This document shows positions 39,037 to 47,762 of a stretch of 50,922 nt of DNA, piece by piece. Position 1 is the first letter of the stretch. The number at the start of each line of letters is the position of its first letter. The stretch spans positions 1 to 50,922 of the forward strand of contig DZBP01000004.1 in the NCBI GenBank assembly GCA_022729915.1, in the 5' to 3' direction. The position numbers and the translations under genes are program-made. A model generated the notes under the pieces. The model had not been told where the DNA came from and searched no databases. It saw only the letters and a program-made list of their open reading frames with translations. The DNA is from Draconibacterium orientale. GTDB taxonomy: Bacteria > Bacteroidota > Bacteroidia > Bacteroidales > JAIFNL01.

Positions 39037-39792
39037 TTAAGGTAAATTTTTAATTCGTATTTCGATAGATTTGTCATCGCTCAGCAATTTCAAAAGCTCA
39101 TTTGTATCTGTTTTTCCAAAATGGTATGGATAAAGAATTTTGGGTTTAAACATACGTGCAGAATTTGCACACATTTCAACACTCATGGTATAAGGTAAGT
39201 TCATTGGCAAAAAAGCAACGTCAATATCTTTGAAATCAGACATTTCAGGAATATCCTCCGTATCGCCAGCTACATAAATCCGTTTATCTGCAAAAGTTAA
39301 AATATAGCCATTTCCATTTCCTTTTGGGTGGTAATGCTCGCCGTTAGAACGTTTATTTACAATATTATAGGCAGGAACTGTTTCTATTTTAAACAATTCT
39401 AAATCGTAATTTTGTCCATTTTGCAAAATAATAATACCGTTTTTTTTATTCAACAAATTGGCACAAATTTGTGTGATTACAAATTTTGTACCTTCTTTCT
39501 TTGTTTTATTCAAAGCCAATGTATCAAAATGATCGCCATGCTCATGTGTAATAAGCACAATATCAGCCTTTGGCAATAAACTATAATCAAATTCCCGTTC
39601 GGTTGGGTCTATCTGAATTACTTTATTTTTATACTCAAACATCAAGCTTGCATGCCCAACAAAGTGCATAATTAAATTACCTTCTGAGGTTTTAATAGTA
39701 TCTTTTTCTATTACTTTTTGGCAGTAAATATTTTCCATAAATGCGAAAAATAAAATAAATAAAAAAGTAGATATAATTAATATTTTTTTCAT
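39037..39792 (-). CDS. Secreted MBL-fold metallo-hydrolase (UlaG/UPF0173-like)
   Basis: GHAS, IDP, THEHGDH, VAGDT, PYH; signal peptide. Confidence 0.9.
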   Translation of the reverse strand: MKKILIISTFLFILFFAFMENIYCQKVIEKDTIKTSEGNLIMHFVGHASLMFEYKNKVIQIDPTEREFDYSLLPKADIVLITHEHGDHFDTLALNKTKKEGTKFVITQICANLLNKKNGIIILQNGQNYDLELFKIETVPAYNIVNKRSNGEHYHPKGNGNGYILTFADKRIYVAGDTEDIPEMSDFKDIDVAFLPMNLPYTMSVEMCANSARMFKPKILYPYHFGKTDTNELLKLLSDDKSIEIRIKNLP

Positions 39793-39813
39793 AAGTTATA
39801 TTTTTATATTAAT

Positions 39814-40485
39814 TTATTGAGTTTGTTTTTTTGCTTGATGATTTAAAATTACATCAAAATAAGTTGTATCCCAAAAATTGGAAAATTGAGAATAATTAAC
39901 TTCCTTATTTTCAAATTTATAAATATCGGTTTGAAAAACATCTTTAAAAACGTGCCAAATAATTTCGGCACAATACATTTGAGTCGAATCCTTCATGTCG
40001 AAGCTATAATCAAATGGCACTTTTGTACTTAAATAGTACAAACCACGCTGGCTCACTTTGTACAAATCAGAAGTATCGCATTTATTAAATCGAACAATAA
40101 TCACCGAGTTTTGATGACTGGCTGCAACGTAATCATCAAAATTTTGTTTCTGAACACCTTCAAATGTAAAATAAGAACTTGATTCAGAATGAATTACACA
40201 CAAACTATCTGATGTTTTTTGAATAATTCCGCAATGCGAAATTTTATATTTTTCATTAAAAAGATTGACTATATAATCAGAAGCCAGGCCAAAGCCACGT
40301 CGCAAAATTATATCACCATTTTTTAATTTTTGTTTTTCTTGCAATGAAAAAATATAAGAATTAGTCCTTTCCTTTGATAATTCATTTTTATCGTAAAAAT
40401 TCCAGAAAATATAAAACAATAAAACTAAAATTACTAAAAAAAAGGAAAAATAAAGGGCAATTTTCTGTATTTTAAAAGCAATCAT
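39814..40485 (-). CDS. YiiX/YebB-like permuted NlpC/P60 cysteine hydrolase, membrane-anchored
   Basis: LKNGDIILRRG, SHCG (His) preceding MYCAE (Cys), PFDY. Confidence 0.88.
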   Translation of the reverse strand: MIAFKIQKIALYFSFFLVILVLLFYIFWNFYDKNELSKERTNSYIFSLQEKQKLKNGDIILRRGFGLASDYIVNLFNEKYKISHCGIIQKTSDSLCVIHSESSSYFTFEGVQKQNFDDYVAASHQNSVIIVRFNKCDTSDLYKVSQRGLYYLSTKVPFDYSFDMKDSTQMYCAEIIWHVFKDVFQTDIYKFENKEVNYSQFSNFWDTTYFDVILNHQAKKQTQ

Positions 40486-40636
40486 TCAATAAAAATTCAA
40501 AAGCAAACACAATTTTAAACGTCAAAATTACAATTTATTATTCAAAAAATTATTTTGTTTAGAAAAAAAAATTTAAAATTTTTATTTATCCAAATTTCTA
40601 GTTTATTTTGCCGAAATGCAAATTTAAACAATTCGA

Positions 40637-41386
40637 ATGGAATTCAACAATTTTTTCTACATAGGAATAGACGATACCGATAATGCAGAGACTCGTGGTA
40701 CTGGCTTTAGAGCTAGACAGTTAGCTGCTATTTTAATAGAAAAAAAATTAGCAGATGTGTTTAGCGTTTCGCGGCATCAATTGTTTTTCGACCCCCGTGT
40801 GCCTTTTACTTCACACAATAGCTCGCTTTGTATAGAATTGAAAGCTAATGATTTAGAAGCACTAAAAGAAGTTTCTAAAAAATTTTTGTTAGAAGTAGCT
40901 GCTGAGGGCTCAGATGTGGGTTTGTGCATTGCCCGAAAAGAAAACATTAGCAACGCCGTTATTGAATTTGGAAAAAAAGCCAAAATAGACCTTGTTACGC
41001 AAAAAGAAGCTTACATTTTAGCCGAAAAAAACCAACTTTATTTGGAAGGGTTAACGGGAACAAAAGATGGAATTATAGGCGCGCTAGCCAGCGTAGGGCT
41101 TAGTTTTTTTGGCAACGACGGCAGATGTGTATGGTTAAAAGGAACCGAATTGCGAGAAATAAAAGGAGTTATGAGCATCAGAGAACTTTTACAACAATCT
41201 AATATTGATGAAGTTACTGATGAAAATGGTTTCACAGTTCCTCAAACAGATTTGCTAATGCTTGATGAATGGCTACGACCAATTTTGAAAAATCACAAAA
41301 AGATTCTAATTATAGAGGAGGTAAAAAATGAAAAATACAAGTGGAAACTTAAACCAAAAGACTTTATCAAAAAGCTTTCAAGTTGA
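40637..41386 (+). CDS. TiaS N-terminal (kinase) domain-like protein of unknown function
   Basis: YIGIDDTD..GTG, RHQL..P.TSHNSS, SDVGLC, DGIIGALASVG resemble the TiaS catalytic domain; too short to contain the OB-fold and Zn-ribbon. Confidence 0.72.
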   Translation: MEFNNFFYIGIDDTDNAETRGTGFRARQLAAILIEKKLADVFSVSRHQLFFDPRVPFTSHNSSLCIELKANDLEALKEVSKKFLLEVAAEGSDVGLCIARKENISNAVIEFGKKAKIDLVTQKEAYILAEKNQLYLEGLTGTKDGIIGALASVGLSFFGNDGRCVWLKGTELREIKGVMSIRELLQQSNIDEVTDENGFTVPQTDLLMLDEWLRPILKNHKKILIIEEVKNEKYKWKLKPKDFIKKLSS

Positions 41387-41903
41387 AAGCATTGCAAGTA
41401 TATTAGAAGTAATAGCCCTCTTTGGGCTGGGTGCTTTAGCTGTTGTTTTGCATATCAAAATGAAAACACCCTTGCACTTGCCCGGACATCACGGATTAGA
41501 GTTCATGGCACTGCTTATGTTAGGTAGATACGCATCAAAAAAGCCAATTGCTTCAACAATTTCGTCTTTGGGAGCAGGATTTATGCTTTTTTTCCCAATT
41601 TGGGCAGGAAAAGATCCTTTTGCAGGCATGATTTATATGCTTCCGGGCTTTATTCTCGATTTTTTGTACTATAAATTAAAAGAAAACCGCAATTTATTGC
41701 TTGTTGCACTAGTTGGCGGCTTATCTTATGCCATAATTCCGATTGTTCGATTTATAATTATGAGTGTAACTGGATTCAAATACGGAGCTTTACTAAGTGG
41801 CTTGGCATATCCTCTTTTTGCATTTACAATGTTTGGCGCACTAGGCAGTCTTTTTGGAGCTTCGCTCATGAAACAAATTCAAAACAAAATACAACAAAAA
41901 TAA
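41328..41903 (+). CDS. Small 5-6 TM membrane protein, ECF S-component-like
   Basis: Almost entirely hydrophobic, 191 aa, LHLPGHHGLEFMA loop; overlaps the upstream gene by 59 nt. Confidence 0.65.
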   Translation: MKNTSGNLNQKTLSKSFQVESIASILEVIALFGLGALAVVLHIKMKTPLHLPGHHGLEFMALLMLGRYASKKPIASTISSLGAGFMLFFPIWAGKDPFAGMIYMLPGFILDFLYYKLKENRNLLLVALVGGLSYAIIPIVRFIIMSVTGFKYGALLSGLAYPLFAFTMFGALGSLFGASLMKQIQNKIQQK

Positions 41904-41994
41904 ATTTTATTAAAAAAGCCCAATTGACTTTTTTTAGCTAACGAGTTGCTAATTTCAGCAATTCGATTTCGACAAACTAAAAAAAATAATAAAA

Positions 41995-42870
41995 ATGAAA
42001 AAAATACATTTATTTATAGCCGCATTTGCTTTATTCATTGCATTTACTAGTTGCAAAAACGACAAAGATTATGGTAATCCAACCATCAGTTTCAAAACAG
42101 AAACCATTTATGTAAGCGATGGTGATAGTCTTTTGGCAGGCGAAAAAGCAAAAATTGGAATTAGTGCCAATTTTAATACCAACGACAATATTACAAATTT
42201 CAAAATCAAATTAAAAACTGATACAGAGGTTATTGCATTGGATTCGGGTATTAATTCGGCTAATTTTGAATACGAATATAAATTAACTAAAACACTAGCC
42301 AATTTAGAAACACTGACATTTACTATTACTGATATAGAAGGACATACTGCCGAAATTTCGCTAGATATTCACTTAAAAGCAATTGAATATGGCGAAATTA
42401 ATTATTACACAAATATTATTTTAGGTGCGCAAAACAATACTACCAATGGTGGTTTTTATAGCTTAAGTAATAATACAATTTATAATAAAACAAATGCTGA
42501 AAATAATCAAGCGCTAATTGATTTAGTCTATTATTACAATAGTAAAAATTCAAACGCACTTAGCTCACCAGCAATGAGTTCTGACGGTGAAGTTACTGGC
42601 GTAGATGTATGGACAACTAAAAACGAAACCGTTTTTGCTGCAGATGCAAACCTAACTATCGCAAAATTTAATGCAATGCAACATGATAGTTTACTGTTAG
42701 TTGCAGCATCGCTAGCTTCTGATGCGTGGAAAGCAAAAGCAAAAGCTCTTGCAGTTGGAAATATTTATTATTTTAAAACACACAGTTCAAAGTTCGGTAT
42801 TTTCAAAGTAAATAGCGTGCAAGGAACTGATGCAGGAACAATCGAAATAGAGCTAAAAGTTCAAAAATAA
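41995..42870 (+). CDS. Hypothetical surface lipoprotein
   Basis: Lipobox FTSC followed by KNDKD (charged export-signal-like); beta-rich two-domain appearance. Confidence 0.82.
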   Translation: MKKIHLFIAAFALFIAFTSCKNDKDYGNPTISFKTETIYVSDGDSLLAGEKAKIGISANFNTNDNITNFKIKLKTDTEVIALDSGINSANFEYEYKLTKTLANLETLTFTITDIEGHTAEISLDIHLKAIEYGEINYYTNIILGAQNNTTNGGFYSLSNNTIYNKTNAENNQALIDLVYYYNSKNSNALSSPAMSSDGEVTGVDVWTTKNETVFAADANLTIAKFNAMQHDSLLLVAASLASDAWKAKAKALAVGNIYYFKTHSSKFGIFKVNSVQGTDAGTIEIELKVQK

Positions 42871-42887
42871 GACTTTACCAATAAAAA

Positions 42888-42921
42888 AAACTTTGCCAAA
42901 ATTAAATTTTTGGCAAAGTTT
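42888..42921. terminator. Intrinsic terminator hairpin
   Basis: AAACTTTGCCAAAA-6 nt-TTTTGGCAAAGTTT 14-bp stem; the longer U-tail is on the minus strand. Confidence 0.75.
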
Positions 42922-43137
42922 CAATATCTAAAAACAAAAAAAATTTCTTATCCCAATTGACTTTTGTTTTCATTAATATCAAATTTAGAACACTTTCTAA
43001 ATAAATACCAAATTAGTACATAAAAAACCAATTTAATTTGAAATATTTTTTATTCTCATTAATTTACTAAAAATAAACATACAACCCTCAAATATACAAA
43101 CATAAAAGAGTCCAATTCTATCTATTTTTGATAAAAA

Positions 43138-43169
43138 CTTGCAATACAAAAAAATTAACTTTAAATTTG
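43138..43169 (+). promoter_or_regulatory. Putative sigma-A promoter for the tlpA-aroA-rpiB genes
   Basis: CTTG, 20-nt spacer, TAAATTTG. Confidence 0.5.
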
Positions 43170-43203
43170 TTATCTATTAAATTAAAAAAAAAATAAAAAA
43201 AAG

Positions 43204-43734
43204 ATGGATATGAAAACTATAAAAATCGCTTTTTTAATAATATTTGTTGTGTTTTCGAAAACACTTTTTTCGCAAGACCTGAGCAACTTGGTAAATACAA
43301 ATTTTCCTGCGAATGTTAAAGAAATGCTAGTATATACTATTGATAATAAGGAAATTAAATTTTCACAAGTACTCGATAGCTTAAAAGGCGAAGTGGTGTT
43401 TGTAGATTTTTGGGCAAGTTGGTGTGGACCTTGTGTAAGAGAAATGAAAGAATCGAAAAATGTACAGAAAACATTGAAAAACAAAAAAGTAGCATATTTA
43501 TTTCTTTCAACCGATGTAGATGATGCCAATTGGCGAACAGGTTTGAAAGTAATCAACATAGATGGCTATCATTTTAGATTGAATCCAGGTCAAAAGTACT
43601 TGATTCAGAACCTTTTTGCAATAAAAGGCATTCCATATTATATAATTTTGGATAAAGAAGGCAAAATAGCTGATCCGCGCGCACCTTGGCCCAGAGAAGA
43701 ACGTTTGATTGCCCTTTTAACAAATTTATTGTAA
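43204..43734 (+). CDS. TlpA family thiol-disulfide reductase
   Basis: VDFWASWCGPC, GIP cis-Pro motif, signal peptide. Confidence 0.93.
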   Translation: MDMKTIKIAFLIIFVVFSKTLFSQDLSNLVNTNFPANVKEMLVYTIDNKEIKFSQVLDSLKGEVVFVDFWASWCGPCVREMKESKNVQKTLKNKKVAYLFLSTDVDDANWRTGLKVINIDGYHFRLNPGQKYLIQNLFAIKGIPYYIILDKEGKIADPRAPWPREERLIALLTNLL

Positions 43735-43756
43735 CTAAAAAAACAAGGATTTATAA

Positions 43757-44992
43757 ATGAATTACAAGCTTCGTTTTTCAGATAAAAAACAAAAAATCAA
43801 AATATCACTACCATCGTCTAAAAGCATAAGTAACAGGCTTTTAATAATTCAAGCGTTGTCCAAAAATAAGATTGAGTTAGAAAATATTTCGACAAGTGAT
43901 GACACAAAGCATTTAATAGAAGCGTTATCTACTGAAAATGAAACAATTAACATTGGACATGCAGGAACTTCAATGCGTTTTTTGACTGCTTTTTTTTGCA
44001 TAATTGGCAAAGAAGTAGTGCTAACTGGTTCTGAACGAATGAAGAACAGACCTATTGGTATTTTAGTAAAAAGTTTAAATTCGCTAAATGCGAACATAGA
44101 ATATTTAGAAAAAGAAGGATTTCCGCCGTTAAAAATAAACAAACAAATTCCAACTTTATCAGAAATAAGTATTGATGGAAGTGTTAGTAGTCAATATATT
44201 AGTGCATTATTACTTATTGCACCAAGTCTTCCAAATGGATTGGAACTTACTTTAACAGGCAAAATAGTTTCAGTTCCATACATAAAACTCACTTTGAGTC
44301 TTATGCAACATTTTGGAATTGTTTGGTCGTGGAATGAAAATGTGATACGGATTGAAAATCAAGAATATAAATCAGAAACTCTTTTTATAGAATCGGATTG
44401 GAGTGGAGCTTCGTATTGGTACGAAATAATGGCTTTGAACAATTTAGAAGCGATAGAGCTTTTGGGATTGAGTAAAAATAGCTTGCAAGGCGACAGTAAA
44501 TTGATTGAACTGTTTGAAAAATTGGGTATAAGTACCGAATTTGGTGAAAATAGAGCCAAATTATACAAAAACAAGAAAAAACTCAATTTTTTTGAATATA
44601 ATTTCAATGAACAGCCTGATATTGCTCAAACATTTGCAGTTACACTCTGCATTTTAAACATTCCATTTCATTTTTGGGGTTTGGAAACCTTAAAAATCAA
44701 AGAATCGAATAGAATTGAAGCACTAATGAATGAATTAGCTAAATTAGGTTTTGAACTAAACGAACCACAAAATGGAGAATTAGCATGGAGTGGGAAAAAA
44801 ACAAAAGTAGCTGAAAATCAACATATTGAAATAGAAACTTACAATGATCATCGTATGGCTTTGGCGTTTGCGCCAGCGAGTATTTTATTTGAGAACTTGA
44901 TAATAAAAGATGCGGGAGTTGTTTCAAAATCGTATCCCGAATTTTGGGAACATATTGAAAATGTGGGATTTATAATTGATGAAATAATTTAA
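43757..44992 (+). CDS. aroA: 3-phosphoshikimate 1-carboxyvinyltransferase
   Basis: LPSSKSISNR, AGTSMRF, RPI, SSQYISAL, KESNRI, DHRMA, KSYPEFW. Confidence 0.97.
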   Translation: MNYKLRFSDKKQKIKISLPSSKSISNRLLIIQALSKNKIELENISTSDDTKHLIEALSTENETINIGHAGTSMRFLTAFFCIIGKEVVLTGSERMKNRPIGILVKSLNSLNANIEYLEKEGFPPLKINKQIPTLSEISIDGSVSSQYISALLLIAPSLPNGLELTLTGKIVSVPYIKLTLSLMQHFGIVWSWNENVIRIENQEYKSETLFIESDWSGASYWYEIMALNNLEAIELLGLSKNSLQGDSKLIELFEKLGISTEFGENRAKLYKNKKKLNFFEYNFNEQPDIAQTFAVTLCILNIPFHFWGLETLKIKESNRIEALMNELAKLGFELNEPQNGELAWSGKKTKVAENQHIEIETYNDHRMALAFAPASILFENLIIKDAGVVSKSYPEFWEHIENVGFIIDEII

Positions 44993-45009
44993 TTTAAAAA
45001 CTAAAAAAA

Positions 45010-45459
45010 ATGAAAATAGCAGTTGCCTCCGATCACGGAGCTTTTGAATTGAAACAAAAAATAGTTGTGTATCTGCAACAAAAGCAAGGAATCGAGACCA
45101 TCGATTTAGGAACAAACAATGAAAAAGAATCGGTTGATTACCCTGATTTTGCAGGCAATGCGGCAAAAGCCATTCAAAAAGGAGTAGCAGATTTAGCCGT
45201 AATTAGGTGTGGCACAGGCATTGGCATTTCAATAGCAGCCAATAAGTACAAAGGAATTCGTGCAGCACTTTGCCATGATGCGTACACAGCCCAAATGAGC
45301 AAGCAACACAACAACGCCAACATTTTGGTCATGGGCGGGCGTACAACCGGAATAGAAATTGCAAAGCAAATGATTGATATTTGGTTAGTTACAGATTATG
45401 AAAATGGAAGGCACCAACTAAGATTGGATAAAATTTCAGAAATTGAAAAAAGCCAATAA
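45010..45459 (+). CDS. rpiB: Ribose-5-phosphate isomerase B
   Basis: SDHGA, SVDYPD, CGTGIG, ANK..GIRA, HNNAN, GRHQ.R. Confidence 0.97.
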   Translation: MKIAVASDHGAFELKQKIVVYLQQKQGIETIDLGTNNEKESVDYPDFAGNAAKAIQKGVADLAVIRCGTGIGISIAANKYKGIRAALCHDAYTAQMSKQHNNANILVMGGRTTGIEIAKQMIDIWLVTDYENGRHQLRLDKISEIEKSQ

Positions 45460-45565
45460 ACGCAAATTTAATAAAGAGAAAAAACTAAAAATTTAATCAT
45501 ACTAAATAAAGTTTTAGCGTATTTTTAAAATAAAAACTTTAAAAAAAAAAAAAAATACAAAAAAA

Positions 45566-45602
45566 ATGAATTTCTCAAAAGTATTACTTTAGAGAAATTC
45601 AT
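45566..45602. terminator. Hairpin terminator between convergent genes
   Basis: ATGAATTTCTC..AAAGTA/TACTTT..GAGAAATTCAT inverted repeat. Confidence 0.7.
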
Positions 45603-45628
45603 ATAACTAAATAAAATTCAACAAATTA

Positions 45629-46069
45629 TTAATTAGCTTGTTCATTACCTTCAGCTCTAAATAATGAAGTACTAATTAAACCACTGTAAGTTCCGAAAAG
45701 ACCTTCCACAGCAGTAAAAATAATCTTCAAATCATTGAAATTGATATAGTTAAATAAAGCTTTTGCTGAAATAGCTAAAATTAAAATAATAAAATGTGAA
45801 TAAATAATAGCTGTAGTTAGCGAAATATATGATTTTGAAACCTTTACAGCATGTTCGGTGTTTTCTAAGCGAAATCTATTTTCTACCACAAACTTAATCA
45901 TACTACCTAAGTATATGGCTGTAAGCGGAGTAAGCAAGGCTATAAGAGTAAGCAACTCGTCTTCATCAAAACCGGACATGGCATAGAATACAAAAACCAA
46001 AACGTATAAGATTAAATTAGAAACAAACACAAATCGGCTTATTTTATTTCTTAAAGTTGCTAATGTCAT
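45629..46069 (-). CDS. Hypothetical 4-TM membrane protein
   Basis: 146-aa ORF with four hydrophobic segments, 32 nt downstream of 46102-47016. Confidence 0.75.
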   Translation of the reverse strand: MTLATLRNKISRFVFVSNLILYVLVFVFYAMSGFDEDELLTLIALLTPLTAIYLGSMIKFVVENRFRLENTEHAVKVSKSYISLTTAIIYSHFIILILAISAKALFNYINFNDLKIIFTAVEGLFGTYSGLISTSLFRAEGNEQAN

Positions 46070-46101
46070 TTTATTAATTATTAGTAAGTTATAAAAAAAT
46101 A

Positions 46102-47016
46102 TTATTTAATTAGTTGTTTGTGAATCATAGATTTAATTTTTTCTCTATAATTTTCTAAACTATTTGCGTATTTTATTTCCATATTTTTATAATCGTTTAC
46201 ACTACGAGGAGCTAAAAAAATACCAGAACCGTATTTAGCCATTAAATCATAAGTAAGTATGATGTTATTGTTTTGTTTTTCAGCTTTAATCGAAATTCTT
46301 ATGTATTCAAAATAATCGCGTTCATTTTTTAAAATTTCGTTCTTTAAATCTGTTATTTCAATAATTAAATCATGCTCAAAATCTTTAACAACTTCAACTT
46401 CAGCAAAATACCACCAAGCTCCTTTAGTTTTGTAATATTTTTGCAAAAATAGTTTAATTTCAGAAGTAATTTTATTCAAATCGGCTGATTTTATTTTATC
46501 TTTCTGTTGTATGTATTTGTTTTTCAAGTTAATAACAGGTATAGGAATTTTTTCGGCATCACGAGCTTGCGCTATTTTATCCATCACTACAACTCCCAAT
46601 TCGGAACCTAAAATATCAATTCTAAATAAATATTCCTGTTTTCCGAGTATAATGAGTTGAACAGAATCGGGTGAAACCTCAAGCGTAAAAAACAAATTAT
46701 TGAAAAGATTTTCTTCTAATAAACATTTTCCTTTGCTTTCGTATTCATTTTTAAGCTTTTCCCAAGCTACATTGAGCGAAAAATCGGTTTGCTCAGCATG
46801 AGGATAACCTAAAAAAACAGAAACTTTGTGCTCTTCTACAGTTAAACTATCTACAATTAAAACGTCCCCAAAGCCTTTAGCAGCAAGCCATTCATCGTAT
46901 TCATGTGTTTTAGAACGCAAAAAATCTGAATCTTTTCTCAAATCTGTTTGAGAATAAGCAAAGTAATTTACCAGAGTAAAAAAAATTACAAATAATTGTG
47001 TTTTTGCGCTTTTCAT
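46102..47016 (-). CDS. Hypothetical secreted protein
   Basis: 304-aa ORF; signal peptide ending AYS-Q, a typical Bacteroidota Q+1 site. Confidence 0.8.
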   Translation of the reverse strand: MKSAKTQLFVIFFTLVNYFAYSQTDLRKDSDFLRSKTHEYDEWLAAKGFGDVLIVDSLTVEEHKVSVFLGYPHAEQTDFSLNVAWEKLKNEYESKGKCLLEENLFNNLFFTLEVSPDSVQLIILGKQEYLFRIDILGSELGVVVMDKIAQARDAEKIPIPVINLKNKYIQQKDKIKSADLNKITSEIKLFLQKYYKTKGAWWYFAEVEVVKDFEHDLIIEITDLKNEILKNERDYFEYIRISIKAEKQNNNIILTYDLMAKYGSGIFLAPRSVNDYKNMEIKYANSLENYREKIKSMIHKQLIK

Positions 47017-47410
47017 TTGATTTTTTGTAGTTGCAATTAATAATAAAAATTACCCAAAAACTTATATTAAGCTAAATAGTTTTCTAAACTTATGCAAACC
47101 CTATACCAAAAGCTCACTGAAATTTTATAAAAGTATAAATTGTACATTTTTTTTATTAGCAACTTAAATATAGCTGGGAAGAAAAAAAAGTTTCTGAATA
47201 TTTTTAATCTATCAATCAGATTGTTAGTCATTTATTTATTATTAAAAAAAAAAAAACAAAACGATAAAATTTCCTAATAAGGCAAAAAAATTACTTCATT
47301 GAAAAAAATATCTACAATTAAAAAGTGATTAATTTGTTTACTAATACTTTCATAATGAAAAGAATAAATAAATTGATAGAAATGAACTAAGTTCAAAATC
47401 ACGAACAAAC

Positions 47411-47441
47411 TTTGCTAATAGTAAATAAAAAATTAATTTTG
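47411..47441 (+). promoter_or_regulatory. Sigma-A promoter upstream of bamA
   Basis: TTTG, 19-nt spacer, TAATTTTG; a second -7 match TACATTTG lies at 47509-47516. Confidence 0.6.
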
Positions 47442-47762
47442 CGACTTGTATTTTAGGTGTTTATGTTTTTTTAACAGTGAAAGCGTATTTAAAATATAAA
47501 AAACTTAATACATTTGCGAATTACAAATTGCATGGATTCCATTCAATTTTAAACGCATTTTTTATAAAAAAGTAACATTTGAAAAAAGTTACAAACAAAA
47601 AAATTCTAGTCTGAAAATATCAAGTAAGGAAGGGTTTTAAGTACGTAAAAACAAGCAACTTAGATTGCGCTCAATAACTAAAAAGCCAACTTTGCTGCAT
47701 GAAAGTTTACCATAAATTCAAAAAAAAAAATGAAAGGGTTTAACCCAATTTTTAAAAACAAT

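Larger units (their letters stand above)
41919..42965. repeat. Exact 14-bp direct repeat flanking the lipoprotein gene
   Basis: CCCAATTGACTTTT at 41919-41932 and 42952-42965. Confidence 0.7.

Noticed and set aside
39793-39813. GTTATATTTTTATATTAA as a possible ModE box
   Set aside because: Spacing and flanks do not fit the TATAT-N7-TAYAT-type ModE dyad, and such sequence is expected by chance at this AT content.
41384-41386. TGA stop of the TiaS-like gene as possible selenocysteine or readthrough
   Set aside because: No SECIS-like hairpin was evident, it is not a catalytic-looking position, and the downstream gene is in another frame.
15539-41386. Functional clustering of tilS with the TiaS-like gene
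   Set aside because: They are about 24 kb apart with many unrelated genes between them; co-location is probably incidental.
42902-42973. Minus-strand 23-aa ORF MKTKVNWDKKFFLFLDIETLPKI resembling an exonuclease ExoI start
   Set aside because: Too short, ends within the terminator hairpin, and no continuation was found; likely coincidence.
45541-45555. A15 homopolymer (also A13 near 47244 and a T-run near 26904) as phase-variation tracts
   Set aside because: Intergenic, not within identified promoter spacers, and common in such AT-rich DNA.
22188-47228. Loose TAAC..TGAT..TTA dyads at about 22188, 28591, 31448 and 47205 as Xer/dif- or att-like sites
   Set aside because: Too degenerate to distinguish from background by eye, and no recombinase is in the window.
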